This document shows positions 38,225 through 51,792 of a stretch of 64,000 nucleotides of DNA, in pieces. The notes beneath the pieces are model-generated. The model saw only the letters and a program-made list of their open reading frames with translations. It had not been told where the DNA came from and did not search any database. Position numbers and translations under genes: made by a program. Source of the stretch: Octopus sinensis (taxonomy: Eukaryota). The stretch is taken from positions 63,736,001-63,800,000 of the forward strand of contig NC_042999.1 in assembly GCF_006345805.1 (NCBI RefSeq). The letters are read 5' to 3'. How positions within the stretch are numbered: position 1 is the first letter of the stretch; the number at the start of each line of letters is the position of its first letter.

Positions 38225-38444
38225 CATTTTCATTACTGTATTTATTTTGAGATGTTCTGTGTTTCTTTCAATTACGTTAAATATAACAAAGAATTTAGTA
38301 AAATAACTTAGCTATCATTCAGCTAGTGTTAGTAACATAAATTGCGGCTAAAGTTTGGTGGAAGATTTGAATTCAAAACTTATGAAAACAAAACATTTGT
38401 ACTCAAAGCCAGAGCTGGTTTCAGCCGAGTTGGTAACGAAAGGG
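38225..38444 (-). mobile_element. TTAA-specific MITE, family 1, inverted copy
   Basis: Reverse-complement similarity to 29582-29803; TTAA flanks; one TIR degenerate. Confidence 0.82.
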
Positions 38445-39434
38445 TTAATGTTAAATTAAAATTGATATTATGGGAGAATTAACTCCTAAAATATTTGTGT
38501 AATGTCAAATACTTCTTAAAGTTGAAAGTTAAAACCCCAGTTAGTAGCAACATGTTATTTAATATTATCTGTCTGATACACATTACAAGACAGTCTTTTG
38601 TATTTTGATATAAATATAATTCTCTACTCTGAAATTTGACTAAAGTTAACTACAGTAGTGAAAAGGTTAATGTCAGTTGTAAGAAAGAGTGAAGTTGATA
38701 TTTGCTAGTAGCAATTTATCCTGAACATTGCCGCCATTAATGCTTTATGACTGTTTTTCAATACTGATGTGGGTTGAATAGGTCTATTTTTTAGCACAGT
38801 ATCTCACCACTTTTCAAGGTCCTTCATTATTTGATGCACAAAATAGCAGAGAAAAAGACAATCATTAATCTTGTGTATATCTTACTCTGGTCAATATTAC
38901 AGATGTTGAGCAGTAATTCTGATCCTGTCAAACAGGTTTTTTTAACTCAAACACAAGGGATCTTATTTTATAATAAGATATATTAATAAGAGTGTATATA
39001 TATGTTTATCAATTTGTGTTGCTGGATTCCTGATGTGAAATGAGTTAATGGACATGAGTTAAAGTAAGAACAGTAATAAACAAATAAAAAACAAATATAT
39101 AGTGTATTTATTTGTTAAAATTTTTTTTTTTTAAATGACATCCCAAAATACAAGTGTATATATAAATATATATATATATATATAGCATGGAAAGCGGACG
39201 TTAAATGATGATGATATATATAAATATATATATAAATGTAAAAATTCTATAATTATGAGTATAATTATAATTATGATTCAGCAAAAATTTGCTTCACCAC
39301 ATACCGAAATTTAGAAATAGCAGTTAAAACTAACTATTTCACTACCATAAGACAATCTTCCAGACAGCAATACTCGACAACTCACACAAGTAAAGAGATA
39401 TTACTGTCATTATATATATACATACACACTTGTG

Positions 39435-39468
<34 letters not shown>

Positions 39469-39684
39469 CGTGCATGGGCTTTGTAAAGTTTCTATCTACC
39501 AAATTGACTGTGGCCATGCTGGAGCACTGCCTTTAGTCAAGCAAATCGACCCTTGGATTTATTCTTTGTAAGCCTAGTACTTATTCTATCGGTCTCTTTT
39601 GCCAAACTGCTAAGTTACGGGGATGTAAACACACCAGCATTGGTTGTCCAGCGATGTTGGGGGGATAAACACAGACACACAAAC

Positions 39685-39732
<48 letters not shown>

Positions 39733-39984
39733 CGACGGGCTTCTTTCAGTTTCTGTCTACCAAATCCACTCACAAGGCTTTGGTTGGCCCGAGGTTATAG
39801 TAGAAGACACTTGCTCAAGGTGCCATGCAGTGGGACTGAGCCTGGAACCATGTGGTTGGTAAGCAATTACTTGCCACACAGCCACTCCTACACCAAAACT
39901 CTGTACAGACAGATTTTTTTTACATGCAGTACCTTCCTATGCATAGAGCGATGGCTAACCATTAACAAACACACACACACACAC

Positions 39985-40163
39985 TATATATATATATATA
40001 TAAAAGATATGTACATATATAGCATTGAAAACATATATAATATATATATTATAGTAGTTGGTTATAACAGAAATAATTGAGATTTTTTAAAATATAAATA
40101 CATTTGTGCAGATGAAAAGAATTGCCTGATAGAAAAAAAAGCATGCATCACCTACAGCTTATA

Positions 40164-40201
<38 letters not shown>

Positions 40202-41038
40202 AAATGATATTGTGTATCAACATATCACGGTTCCCAACTTTTGAATTCCAATAGCAAGGTAAAAGTCAAGCTAAGGCTACAGCGGAAGACACTTGTGTGA
40301 AATGCCATGCAATGAAATTGAACTGGAACCATGCAGGTACAAAACAAACTTCTTAATCAATGACAGACTTTCTGTCTAGTCACTGAAACTGCTAGAAATA
40401 GCACCAAATTTCCATTAAGTTACTGTATCAAAAGAAAATGTGACAGACTGGATATAGTGTTGTCCAAGGGGTACTATTGTTGAAATTAAATTGGGATGGT
40501 CATAACTGGAATGCCCATGGTCATAGGTGTGCTTGATAAGGGCTGGCTTGATGGTGAGCAGCAACAATAACAACAACAACAAATAACCAATGTGTGACAT
40601 ATTAGAATGGAGACTTCACAACTGACTGACTTACCAATGGCTTTCCTCCTTCTTACTCACTCATTCAACTGGTATTTAACTTTGATGCAAGGTGGTCTAC
40701 TCTTTACATAATTTTCATGGATTTGTGTGTGTGTGTGTCGGTGAGAGTGTGCAAGGTGGTGTTGTGCTTATTCTCTTTCCCTCACACCCTGCTGTCAGCT
40801 GACTAAACAGCGTAAACACAAATAATATATATAATTGTCTTCATTCTAGCTGACTTTATCTAGCAACTGTCATTTACATAATGAACTTAACTATTGTGTG
40901 ATATAATATGTTTACCTTCATACACACACACATTTGTGTGTGTGTGTGTGTTTTTACTGATTGTCTGTGCCTTTGTAATTGTCTATGCAATGTGTGTGTG
41001 TGTATGTATATATATATATATATATATATGCATCTCTA

Positions 41039-41088
<50 letters not shown>

Positions 41089-41241
41089 GTACATATATAG
41101 CATTGAAAACATATATAATATATATATTATAGTAGTTGGTTATAACAGAAATAATTGAGATTTTTTAAAATATAAATACATTTGTGCAGATGAAAAGAAT
41201 TGCCTGATAGAAAAAAAAGCATGCATCACCTACAGCTTATA

Positions 41242-41279
<38 letters not shown>

Positions 41280-42116
41280 AAATGATATTGTGTATCAACA
41301 TATCACGGTTCCCAACTTTTGAATTCCAATAGCAAGGTAAAAGTCAAGCTAAGGCTACAGCGGAAGACACTTGTGTGAAATGCCATGCAATGAAATTGAA
41401 CCTGGAACCATGCAGGTACAAAACAAACTTCTTAATCAATGACAGACTTTCTGTCTAGTCACTGAAACTGCTAGAAATAGCACCAAATTTCCATTAAGTT
41501 ACTGTATCAAAAGAAAATGTGACAGACTGGATATAGTGTTGTCCAAGGGGTACTATTGTTGAAATTAAATTGGGATGGTCATAACTGGAATGCCCATGGT
41601 CATAGGTGTGCTTGATAAGGGCTGGCTTGATGGTGAGCAGCAACAATAACAACAACAACAAATAACCAATGTGTGACATATTAGAATGGAGACTTCACAA
41701 CTGACTGACTTACCAATGGCTTTCCTCCTTCTTACTCACTCATTCAACTGGTATTTAACTTTGATGCAAGGTGGTCTACTCTTTACATAATTTTCATGGA
41801 TTTGTGTGTGTGTGTGTCGGTGAGAGTGTGCAAGGTGGTGTTGTGCTTATTCTCTTTCCCTCACACCCTGCTGTCAGCTGACTAAACAGCGTAAACACAA
41901 ATAATATATATAATTGTCTTCATTCTAGCTGACTTTATCTAGCAACTGTCATTTACATAATGAACTTAACTATTGTGTGATATAATATGTTTACCTTCAT
42001 ACACACACACATTTGTGTGTGTGTGTGTGTGTTTTTACTGATTGTCTGTGCCTTTGTAATTGTCTATGCAATGTGTGTGTGTGTATGTATATATATATAT
42101 ATATATATATATGCAT
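39985..42116 (+). repeat. Tandem duplication of about 1.08 kb (39985-41033 and 41053-42116)
   Basis: Offset 1078-1081 nt; identical 61-aa spurious ORFs at 40415 and 41494; both ends lie in (TA)n. Confidence 0.95.
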
Positions 42117-45100
42117 ATCTCTGTGCTTGTGTGTACATGCATAATTACATTCAGTCTTATACACACATACAATATATATATCAGCAAACTGAAAAAAAAT
42201 CAGACATACTCACAAACTGATTTAAAATTTGCTGCAATATTATTTTTAAAAATTAATTAAAAACCCAAATGTTAATTAATGTCTTGAGCTGGTCTTTGAG
42301 AAAATAGATGTCAGTAAGATGAATATGCATAAGAAGATAAGAGAAGAAAATGTTTGTTTTCTAAGACTATAAATAGCTAATTAGTGCAGGGCATAATTAA
42401 TTGGGAAGTGATAGGTCACGGGGTATCTATTTTCACATTTATTGAATAAAAATAGTTCTGTTTTGTTGTTTAGCCCTATGTCTATCTTAATTGTGAAGAT
42501 GTATGATCAAAGATGTTCCAACATTGACTATTCTATCTTCATTCAGTCACAATGTGTCCAGGTTTATGTTACTTGATGCGGCATCAAGAAAACTTTTATT
42601 TTTGAATTAAGGGAAATCTTATCATTGTTGGCGAAAGGGCACAAATTTAGGGAGAAGGTTTAGTTGCTTAACCTGAATCCAGTACATGATTAGTACTCTA
42701 TCTTTATCAATGCTGGAAGGATGAAAGACAAAGTTAATCCCTGCAGGATTTGAACTCAGGAACATATAAACAGTGAAACAAATACTGTAAGGCATTTGGT
42801 TTGACGCTCCAACAATTCTACTAATCAACTACCTTTAATAATCTGTATGTAGTAATTCAAATATGGAGAACCTTGCCTCTCACAATATAGAAGCATTTCT
42901 CATGGCACCAGCAGACAAAATGGAAAAGGTGTTGCCCCAGATGATAGTGTGGCAGATGCACTGGAACAGCCACTCTGAGTTGTGGACAACAATCTCTGCC
43001 CTGATAGTGGTAAGCAGGGATATGGTCCAGGGACCAAGGATGCTGGAGGTCTCAATTGCCACAATTTCAACCATAAACCTGTCAGAGAGTGACCGATACC
43101 TTGACGTTTTTTTTCTTCTTTGCCTAATGAGCAACAGAGCCTGGGCTGGTAACTGACACATCAAGTTAATGCTAAGGTACAAGGCCAGAAACTTCTAGGT
43201 GAGTTAATCAATTAAGTTGACCCTGGTCCTTGACTAATCTTTATTGACTCCACACAGATGATTTTGGAAGTTTTATAATGATTGGAGAAGTATGGGGTAT
43301 TGATTGTAGAAGTTCTGTAAAGGCATTTGGGACATGGGATTTTGATTGTGGTAGTTCTATAATAGCTGGAAAAAATTGAATATGTTGTATGTGTCATGCT
43401 AAACTTACATGAAAGACAGAGCATAAGTGAAGTGAGAGATTAAATATATCAATAGAGGTGATTGCTCTTCTGTGACCATGAACTGTGAATAGAAGAGGAT
43501 TACTGCTTGAAAAAGTGCTGTATACTGACATTGAAAGTATTTCATAGTGATACTTTAGTCATGGTGACTTAAAATTCAAACTGAATGGGGTATTTGCTGT
43601 ACTGCACAGTTTTATCAAATCCCTGCCAGTATGAAAAAATGATGTTGTAACAATAATAATAAGGATGGTTTATAAGTTCACAAATTCTTAATTTAACAAA
43701 TTGTCAATACATACCCAGACATTCGTATACTTTATTTTTATTCACCCCTTACCTCACCACTACCACACTATTGCCTCCCCTCTAATCAGGCTTTTTTTTT
43801 ATCTTGTAATTGTAAAAGAATAAGAAGGAGATTTAAAGCTGTTTTCCCTCAAAATGTATAAAAATATATTTGAAATTTGAGTCTGCTGTATATAATTTGA
43901 GACGTTTTTTCTTCCCCCACACATCCTGTGATTTTTTTTTCTAAGCTTTCATTGTCTAGAGTCAGTTCTCTTAAAACGAAACTTAGAATAATGAGATTCA
44001 TATATCAGGGAAGGGGCTGAACAGATGTCAGAAATTACAGGACTTATCTCTTTGACCTCATGTATCAGCAAGGTTCCAGAAAGAATCTGATAACTTACTT
44101 AGAGAAAGATAAAAATTCATGTTTTTTGTTTTAATTATGACTTAGACGAAAAAGGACAATACTTATAACCTTTTTTTCAGAGACTCTTAGATTTGTGGAA
44201 AGAAAAGAGGAAACTATCCTGAAGTGGGACACTTGGTTTGAATACCTGCAGCAAAGTTGACATGTTACTGTATTTCTATTGAAACACACTGCCTTCATTT
44301 CAATTAATTTAAAAAAATAAGAAGAATTTAGTAAAAAAAATTTAGTCATTTTTAAGCTGGTGTTTGGAACAGAAATCAACATGAAATTTTGACTGAAGTT
44401 TTTAATTTAGAGCATTTTAAAACATGGAGTTTGTTTCATAGAACCATGGGTGGGTTAGTATCAAAAGAGGAAGGTGGTGAGCTGGCAGAATCATTAGCAC
44501 GCCGGGCAAAATGCTTAGTGGTATTTCGTCTGCCATTACATTCTGAGTTCATATTCTGCCGAGGTCGACTTTGCCTTTCATCTTTTCGGGGGTCGATAAA
44601 TTGAGTACCAGTTACGCACTGAGGTCAATGCATTTGACTTAATCCGTTTGTATGTCCTTGTTTGTCCCCTCTGTGTTTAGCCCCTTGTGGGTAGTAAAGA
44701 AATATGTATCAAAAGAGTTAAAAGGCATGTGGTAATGTCAGGCCAGGTGACAGATTAAATCTACCCCACAAAGACAGGAACAGTTTCTCTGATGTGCTTT
44801 CACACAGTTTCTATTTGCTCAAAGTGTCACACACTGGAAATAAAACTAGAACCATGTGGAAGAAAAGTGAATGTCTTAACCACATAGCTTTATCTTCTGA
44901 GTGAGAATAATCATCACTGTGTGTGTGTGTGTGTCCATCCAGTTAGAAGTAATCTGAGTAATTAAGTTACTAATCTTCTTTCTGGGTCATATAAACACTC
45001 CATATTTCAGATAGTTTAGCAGTTGTGGAGATAAATCTTCTCACTGTTTAGGATTTTGCTTGCTGCTTTCCAAAGAATTCTCATAAGTTTGTCTGTAACG

Positions 45101-45576
45101 TCCATGCTTATTTTCACACTTTCTTCGTTTTTTTTTTTTACCTTCTCCATGAACATTGTTTTGCATTTTCTTGTATAGAGGATTCTTGATAAATTCTAAG
45201 ATCTTCTGTTGCTTTGAACAATAGTAGGTCATGTCTAGCCCTTGCTATATTTAAAAAAAATTATTTTTTAAAAATTAATAAAGATGGGGAATGCTATATG
45301 ATGAAGTAGGTAGCTAGAAGGAAAACTCTGATGCAACACCTGCGACTTCGTTTACGTGTTATAATGTAGAATAGTTATTTTTAATAAGCAAATGCATGTG
45401 AAGTGAGATTGACACACTCAGCTGAAAAACCTTGGAAGTGGTCCTCCACCATAGCCTCAGTCCAGATTACTGAAACAAATAAAAGATTGAGAAAATGCTG
45501 ATGAAATTTGTATCGTTAAATTCTTGCTAACTAGTTTTATCCTTTTCTTTCTTTCTTTCTTTATTTATTTCAACAG

Positions 45577-45659
45577 AAAATTTTGAAGGCAATAAACAAA
45601 TGTTGTTAGAACTGAGAGAAAAATTCAACTCACTGCAAAAAGAAATGCACAAGCTAAAG
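45577..45659 (+). CDS. ICE1: Coding exon 9, (Q)NFEGNKQMLLELREKFNSLQKEMHKLK
   Basis: Long pyrimidine tract then caacag; donor AAG|GTATGT; 83 nt, phase 1 to 0; joins exon 8 in frame across an 18.3-kb intron. Confidence 0.88.
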
Positions 45660-47174
45660 GTATGTAGACTCCTCCTGCTGCTGCTGCTTCTCATCCTCCT
45701 CCTCCATTGAACACTGGGATCAATATAATCAACTTAACCTTCCCCTTGAAATTACTGGCCTTGTGCCAATATTTGAAATTATTATTATTATTACTAATGT
45801 GGCGGGTTGGCAGAAATCTTAGCATGCCAGGCGAAATGCTTAGTGGTATTACTTAGTCTGTCTGTACATTCTGAGTTCAAATTCTGCTGAGGTCAACTTT
45901 GCCTCTCATCCTTTCGGGCTCGATAAATTAAGTACCTAGTTGCATAATGGGGTTAATCTAATCGACTGGCCCTCTCCCCAAAAATTTCAGGATTGTGCCT
46001 AGAGTAGAAAAGATTTTTACTACTACTACTACTACTACCACCACCACCACCACCACCACTACTGCTGTTGCTGCTGCTACTACTACTACTATTTCCTTTT
46101 ATCTTTTTGGAGGGTTTATAGAATACATGCCAGTCTAGTACTGGGTTTGATGCATTTGACTCCCCTCTCCCCTCAAAAACTACTGACCCTTGACAAAATT
46201 TAAAATCACTATTATTATTAGGATGGTGGATGGATAAAATTGTTAGAGCAATGAACAAAATATACCTTATGCCATTTATATCAGTTCCTTATGTTCTGAG
46301 TACAAATTCTGTCAAGGTCGACTTTGCTCTTCATCCTTCTAAATTCAATAAAATAAAGTACCAGTTAAGTACTGATGTTGATGGTATTGACTTATCTTTT
46401 TCTCTCTGTTAGTCTTGTATGTAAATCAGAAGCAGGTAAAATGCCTTTAGGTACGTCTGTGATGAAATCCTGGTAATGCCAATTTCAGCTTTCATTCTTT
46501 TTTGAGGTCAATAAAATTAAGTACCAGTTGAGCACTGCGATTGACCTAATCTCTTCCCACAAAAATTGGTTGCCTTGTGCCAACATTTGAAACCATTATT
46601 ATTATTATTATTGAGTGCATTGCCATCACAGTGACACCGGGGTAAAATATACGAAGCCCAGTATACCCATCATGACTACCTGTCTGATAAGAGTACACCA
46701 GGCACATGCATCACAACCATATGTGCGCAACATGGCGATTTCATATCAAGATAAACAGCACATGACCTTGCAGGTGGGACCCAGTTAGAATTTTCTTCTA
46801 GTCAAGTAACCCATTCCACTCAAAAGGTCTCTGAATAACGGTTGCTTAAGGATGTTGAACGAAACACCCATGTTTCCAGAGGTGAATTATTAAAACCCCG
46901 AAGAATCCCTCTCAACACATGGCTATGATGCTCCCCCACTACTTCTGCTCATGATCAGAGATACACATATTGTCAGCCACTAAGGGACATGCTCAACTGG
47001 TTATGGTCAAACAACTGACAAGCAAATCTGTGGTATTGAGCAGAATATTTGTTGTAGCTCATCTTTTATACCAAAACAAAACAATGTACATGATAACACT
47101 TCCAGTCAGTTAAGATCAGAAGCCATGAGAGCCACTGTCAGGTACTGCATCAGGGCATTGGTACTGCACCAGGG

Positions 47175-47815
47175 CATTTATTATTATTATTATGTTTTTT
47201 CCTTCTTTCTTCAAATTTTCTTCTGTTTCTCGCTGAGTGTTTTCCATACACCTAGGGCAGAGAAGGGCATTGTATGCATTCCCAGATTACATGCGCAAAT
47301 TCACAGATAAAATATGTATTTAAAAATTAATAAAAAATAAATTCATGGATGGATGTTATTTTCACAACGATAGTGCTCTTCTCAGTACATGAGCCGTTCC
47401 AGTTAATACGATTTTTTGCACTTCCTGTAGGGATGGTAAGCCTGGAATCATTTTCAAATAGGTTTCAGTACCTATTTTTATCATTCCTAGAGATCCTACA
47501 ATCACTGGTACTGTAGTCACCTTGAGATGCCACATTTTTTCAATTTCCATTAGCAGGTCTTTATATTTACTAATCTTGTCAAATTCTTTCGCCGCTATAT
47601 TGTGATCACAGGGAATACTCATGTCAATTAATAAACACATCCTTTTATAGTCCTGTCGGTCTGCACGGGGAAGTCCCATAGAATCGACACATTTTCTCCC
47701 TCAGTCACAGCTTCAGGATGATGTTTATACCATTTGTCAGCGGTTTTGATCTTATAATGCCGACATATTGTCCAGTGTAAATACTGGCCGACTCTGTCAT
47801 GTCTTGCTTTATATT
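47175..47815 (-). mobile_element. 5'-truncated R4/Dong-like non-LTR retrotransposon (restriction-like endonuclease end) between (TAA)n tracts
   Basis: RHDRVGQYLHW..C..Y...WYKHHPEAV..ILWDFPVQTD and LIDMSIP.D.N..KEFDKISKYKDL..EI..MW...PVIVGSLG; an internal deletion removes the expected RPD motif. Confidence 0.75.
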
Positions 47816-48588
47816 CTTTATATTCTTTTATTATTATTATTATTATTATTATGATATTTTTATTTTCATATAAGTACACCTCTGCTGGTGTCACATAAAA
47901 AGCACCTAATACACTCTGTAAAGTGCCTGATTTTAGGAAGGGCATTCAGCCACAGAAACCATGTCAAAGCAGACAATTGGAGCCTGGGTGGCTCTCTGGC
48001 TTGCCAGCTCCTGTTAAGTTGTCTAACTCATGCCAGCATGGAAAACGGATACTCTTTTACTTGTTTCAGTCATTTGACTGTGGCCATGCTGGAGCACCGC
48101 CTTTAGTCAAGCAAATTGACCCCGGGACTTATTCTTTGTAAGCCTAGTACTTATTCTATCGGTCTCTTTTACCGAACTGCTAAGTTACAGGGACGTAAAC
48201 ACACCAGCATCAGTTGTCAAGTGATGTTGGGGGTGGGGGTACTTTATAAAGAGGACAAGAGTATATAACTTTGGTCTGAAAATGAGTTGAAATAACCTTT
48301 TGGTATAAGCATTATACTAATTCACTTAGTATTAAAGTTATTGTATTGTGGCCATGCTGGTGCACTACTGCTTCATTTACAGTTACAATTGTGGTGCTGT
48401 AACCATGGGCACTACATGTCTTCTATTTATATATTACTGTAGTTATTGTTGGATGTGACTATCTGTATTAGTGTGTTTACTGTTGCAGCCATTTGACTGT
48501 GGCCATACTGAGGCAGTCTGTAGTGGCCATCTAGATTGCTGTTTGTATGATCCACAAATATTTATACATTTATTCTTCTTCTTTACAG

Positions 48589-48628
48589 GAACAAAATAAA
48601 AGTTTCCCTCCAGTCTTCCAAGATACTG
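48589..48628 (+). CDS. ICE1: Coding exon 10, EQNKSFPPVFQDT(A)
   Basis: Acceptor ttcttcttctttacag, donor TG|GTATGT; 40 nt, phase 0 to 1. Confidence 0.85.
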
Positions 48629-48850
48629 GTATGTATATTGTTATAATAACTTATAAATTCCACCAGATGTAGATCTATTTTTTTGTTTATATTCATATAC
48701 ATTTTGTAAATTTACATGTATAAAATAACTTTTGTTTGTTTATTTTTACTTGATTTTTTTTTATTTTGCTAAAATGTGGCAGGCTGTGATGTGGTGGTGG
48801 TGAGCAGGGTAGAGTATTATGTTAATTTGAAATTTTCTCTTTATTTAAAG

Positions 48851-48966
48851 CTGTCACTTCTCCACCTCCAAACCTTCCATCCAGAGATGATGAAATTGCA
48901 CGTATAATTAGTGAAATGACTTTACCAATTATGTTGTCTCCTATCCCTTCAGAACATAATGAAGAG
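48851..48966 (+). CDS. ICE1: Coding exon 11, (A)VTSPPPNLPSRDDEIARIISEMTLPIMLSPIPSEHNEE
   Basis: Acceptor ttctctttatttaaag, donor GAG|GTAAGT; 116 nt, phase 1 to 0, supplying the phase change needed between exons 10 and 12. Confidence 0.88.
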
Positions 48967-51597
48967 GTAAGTAGTCTTGTGTACTCTTTTACTGGTTCTG
49001 CCATGTAGTAGTGTTTGTGTACATCAAAATGTGTTCTCTTTGTTGTAATGTTGTTAATAATTTTTCAGTTGTGAAGGTGGCGAGCTGGCAAAATCATTAG
49101 CATGCTGGGCGAAATGCTTTGCAGTATTTCATCTGCTGTTATGTTCTGAGTTCAAATTCTGCCGAGGTCAACTTATCCTTTCGGGGTCAATAAATTAAGT
49201 ACCAGTTATGCACTGGGTTCGATGTAATCAACTTAATCCCTTTGTCTGTCCTTGTTTGTCCCCTCTATGTTTAGCCCCTTGTGGGCAATAAAGAAATAAG
49301 AATCATTTGCACACCAGACAAAATGCTTAACAGCATTTTGTCAGTCTTTATTTTCTGAGTTCAAATTCCACCAAGGTTGACTTTGCCTTTATCCTTTTGG
49401 GATTGATAGAATAAGTAACAGTTGAATATGAGGTTGATGTAATTGACTTACCCATTCCCTGAAATTGCTGGCCTTGTGCCAAAATTTGAAACCAATATTT
49501 TTTCAGTTGGGGCACGGTAGAATTTTTAGAATGTTGGATAATCAGTCTTGCACTATTTAGTTATGTCCTATGTTCTAAATTCACCAAGGTTGACTTTGCA
49601 TTTAATCTTTTCAGGATCAATAAAATAAATTACCTGTCAGGTACTGAAGTTTAATTAATTATACTCGCTCTCAAAAATTCATGGCCTTCTGCTGCCAGTA
49701 TTAAAAATCAATTATTCTCAGTTTTAATGTAGTATATTTTCACATGTGTATCATTTATTACAGTACTACCTCTATGACCCAGCGTTGCCGGATCTAGTGC
49801 TAGCCAAGCATATATGGTCTTTCATGAAAATCCTGCTCTCTTGTCATTCACTTGGTCTAACTCGTTTATTAATTATTCCCTGCATTTCTCAAAGCAAAAA
49901 AGCGTGCACGTTTGAAAGCCAAAACACATCATAACGCGTCTTCGCAAAACACAAAAATGCGCTGAGTCATACAGACTGTCTGCAAATGTGAACGCGCATG
50001 CAATTGTCAAGGGTAAAATTATCTCCGTCCAATCAAAAAGCAGCTGGCAGTCTATTGACGTATCTAGCTGTACCGCGTACAAATTTCTATGTTTTAGCGA
50101 TTTTGAATGGATATGCCCATAACTTATGAGCATAAGGGGTCGGTTTATCGATTTTTTTAATGGCTTTCTGGGGTGACTGGGGAAATGAAAAGATCTTCAC
50201 GACCACCCTCAGGCAGTTTTGAAAGCCCATAGAAAATGTGAACCTTTTACATGTAAAACTGTGGATTTGTATTAAGGACACACAGGCACACAAACATTTT
50301 GCCGTTTATAGATATAGAGATTGTGTTATTATGTGATATAAAATAATAATTTATTTTAAGTTATAATATTGTTAGTAATAAGGCAGTAAGTTAGCAGTCA
50401 TTAAAATATTGGATAAAATGTCTAATGATATTTGCTTTGGCTTTTTTTGCCCTGAGATCAAATGAAAGGCAAAGCTAACTATCAAGGTCAACTTTGCCAT
50501 TCAGTCAATAAATAAAATACTTTGAAGGCATGTGACCTATAGGTTAAGGCTCTGTACTTATGATTATAAGATCATGGTTTTGATTCTCAAACTGGGCAGT
50601 ATGTTATGTTCTTGAGCAAAGCACTTCATTTCACATTGCTCCAGCCCACTCAGCTGTAAATGAGTTCCAACTTTATCTAGGAAGTTAACAGAGATGATTG
50701 TTGTAATCTTAGTCACTTATATGCTATGGAAATCAGGTTAAGCTCCAGCCTTATTAGTCCTAGGGCTCATTAAAAAAAAAAAGTACCATCTCAGTGATTG
50801 ACACACTTGGAAAGGGACAGTCACTTTCAGATAAAAGACACAACATTATGCCACATCATCCTTATGACTCCATTAGGTATTGAAGGCCCAAGGTGTATAG
50901 GTTGTAATATAGTATATTTGTAATTTAATGTTTTGTTATACAATGTTATTATTCAGCTTCATGCCAGACATAATCAGACAGAATTGTGATCAAAGATGTT
51001 CCATACAGAACAATCTAGAACTGCATTAGCCAGTGTGTCCTCTTTTCCAAGACGAATTGAGGGAGATTTGGCTGCTATTTTGGCATGCTAAGTCACCATG
51101 TTGAAGATTCCTTGTCAGTTGGGGTATGTTGTTAGTTGTAATATGTTGTGTTACATATTGTTGGGGAATGTAACTTGTAGCATTGATGTTTTATAAGCTG
51201 AAAAGTATTGTGTTATAAGCTTTTTCTGTGTTTTGTATATAAGCTGTCATGCATTAATATCAATTTCAGTGATGTGCACTGTTCATTTAGAGGTTTGTTT
51301 CATGTATTTCTGTATTAAAACTATGGTAACTAATTATATTAGGATGAAGCCTGCAGATGTGGCTCTATGGGGTGGTGGGGGAATCTTGTTTTAACCCTGC
51401 CACAGCTTAACATAGTTATGATAAAATAAAGTATAACATGTTAAAAATATGGGCTAAAGAGGAAGATACTTTATACAATATCTGTGTAGAATTAGAGAAA
51501 TAGGAATCATTATCAAATACTAAGATTAACTTTTTTTAATTTTATGTCTGATTTGAGTTAAATGGTTCTACAAACTCGTGCATTTACGTTTGTTTGA

Positions 51598-51792
51598 CCC
51601 TTCAGCATTCAGATTTCTTTTTCAAATTTATTGCTTATTTATCCACATTGTTTTGAATTAATTATGCATTATTTCATAGCTTCAAGATTTCAATGATGCG
51701 ATTGTTTATTTTTAGAATGACATTGCAGGGTAGGTGTGAGAGGTTTAACATAAAACAGGTAGAATATTTGGGCCAGATTAAATGCTAAAGGG
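51598..51792 (-). mobile_element. TTAA-type MITE, family 2
   Basis: Ends CCCTTCAGCATT / AATGCTAAAGGG-TTAA. Confidence 0.7.

Noticed and set aside
42863-43182. 97-aa and 100-aa ORFs on opposite strands
   Set aside because: No recognisable motifs; the start matches a dispersed repeat also seen near 21975-22015.
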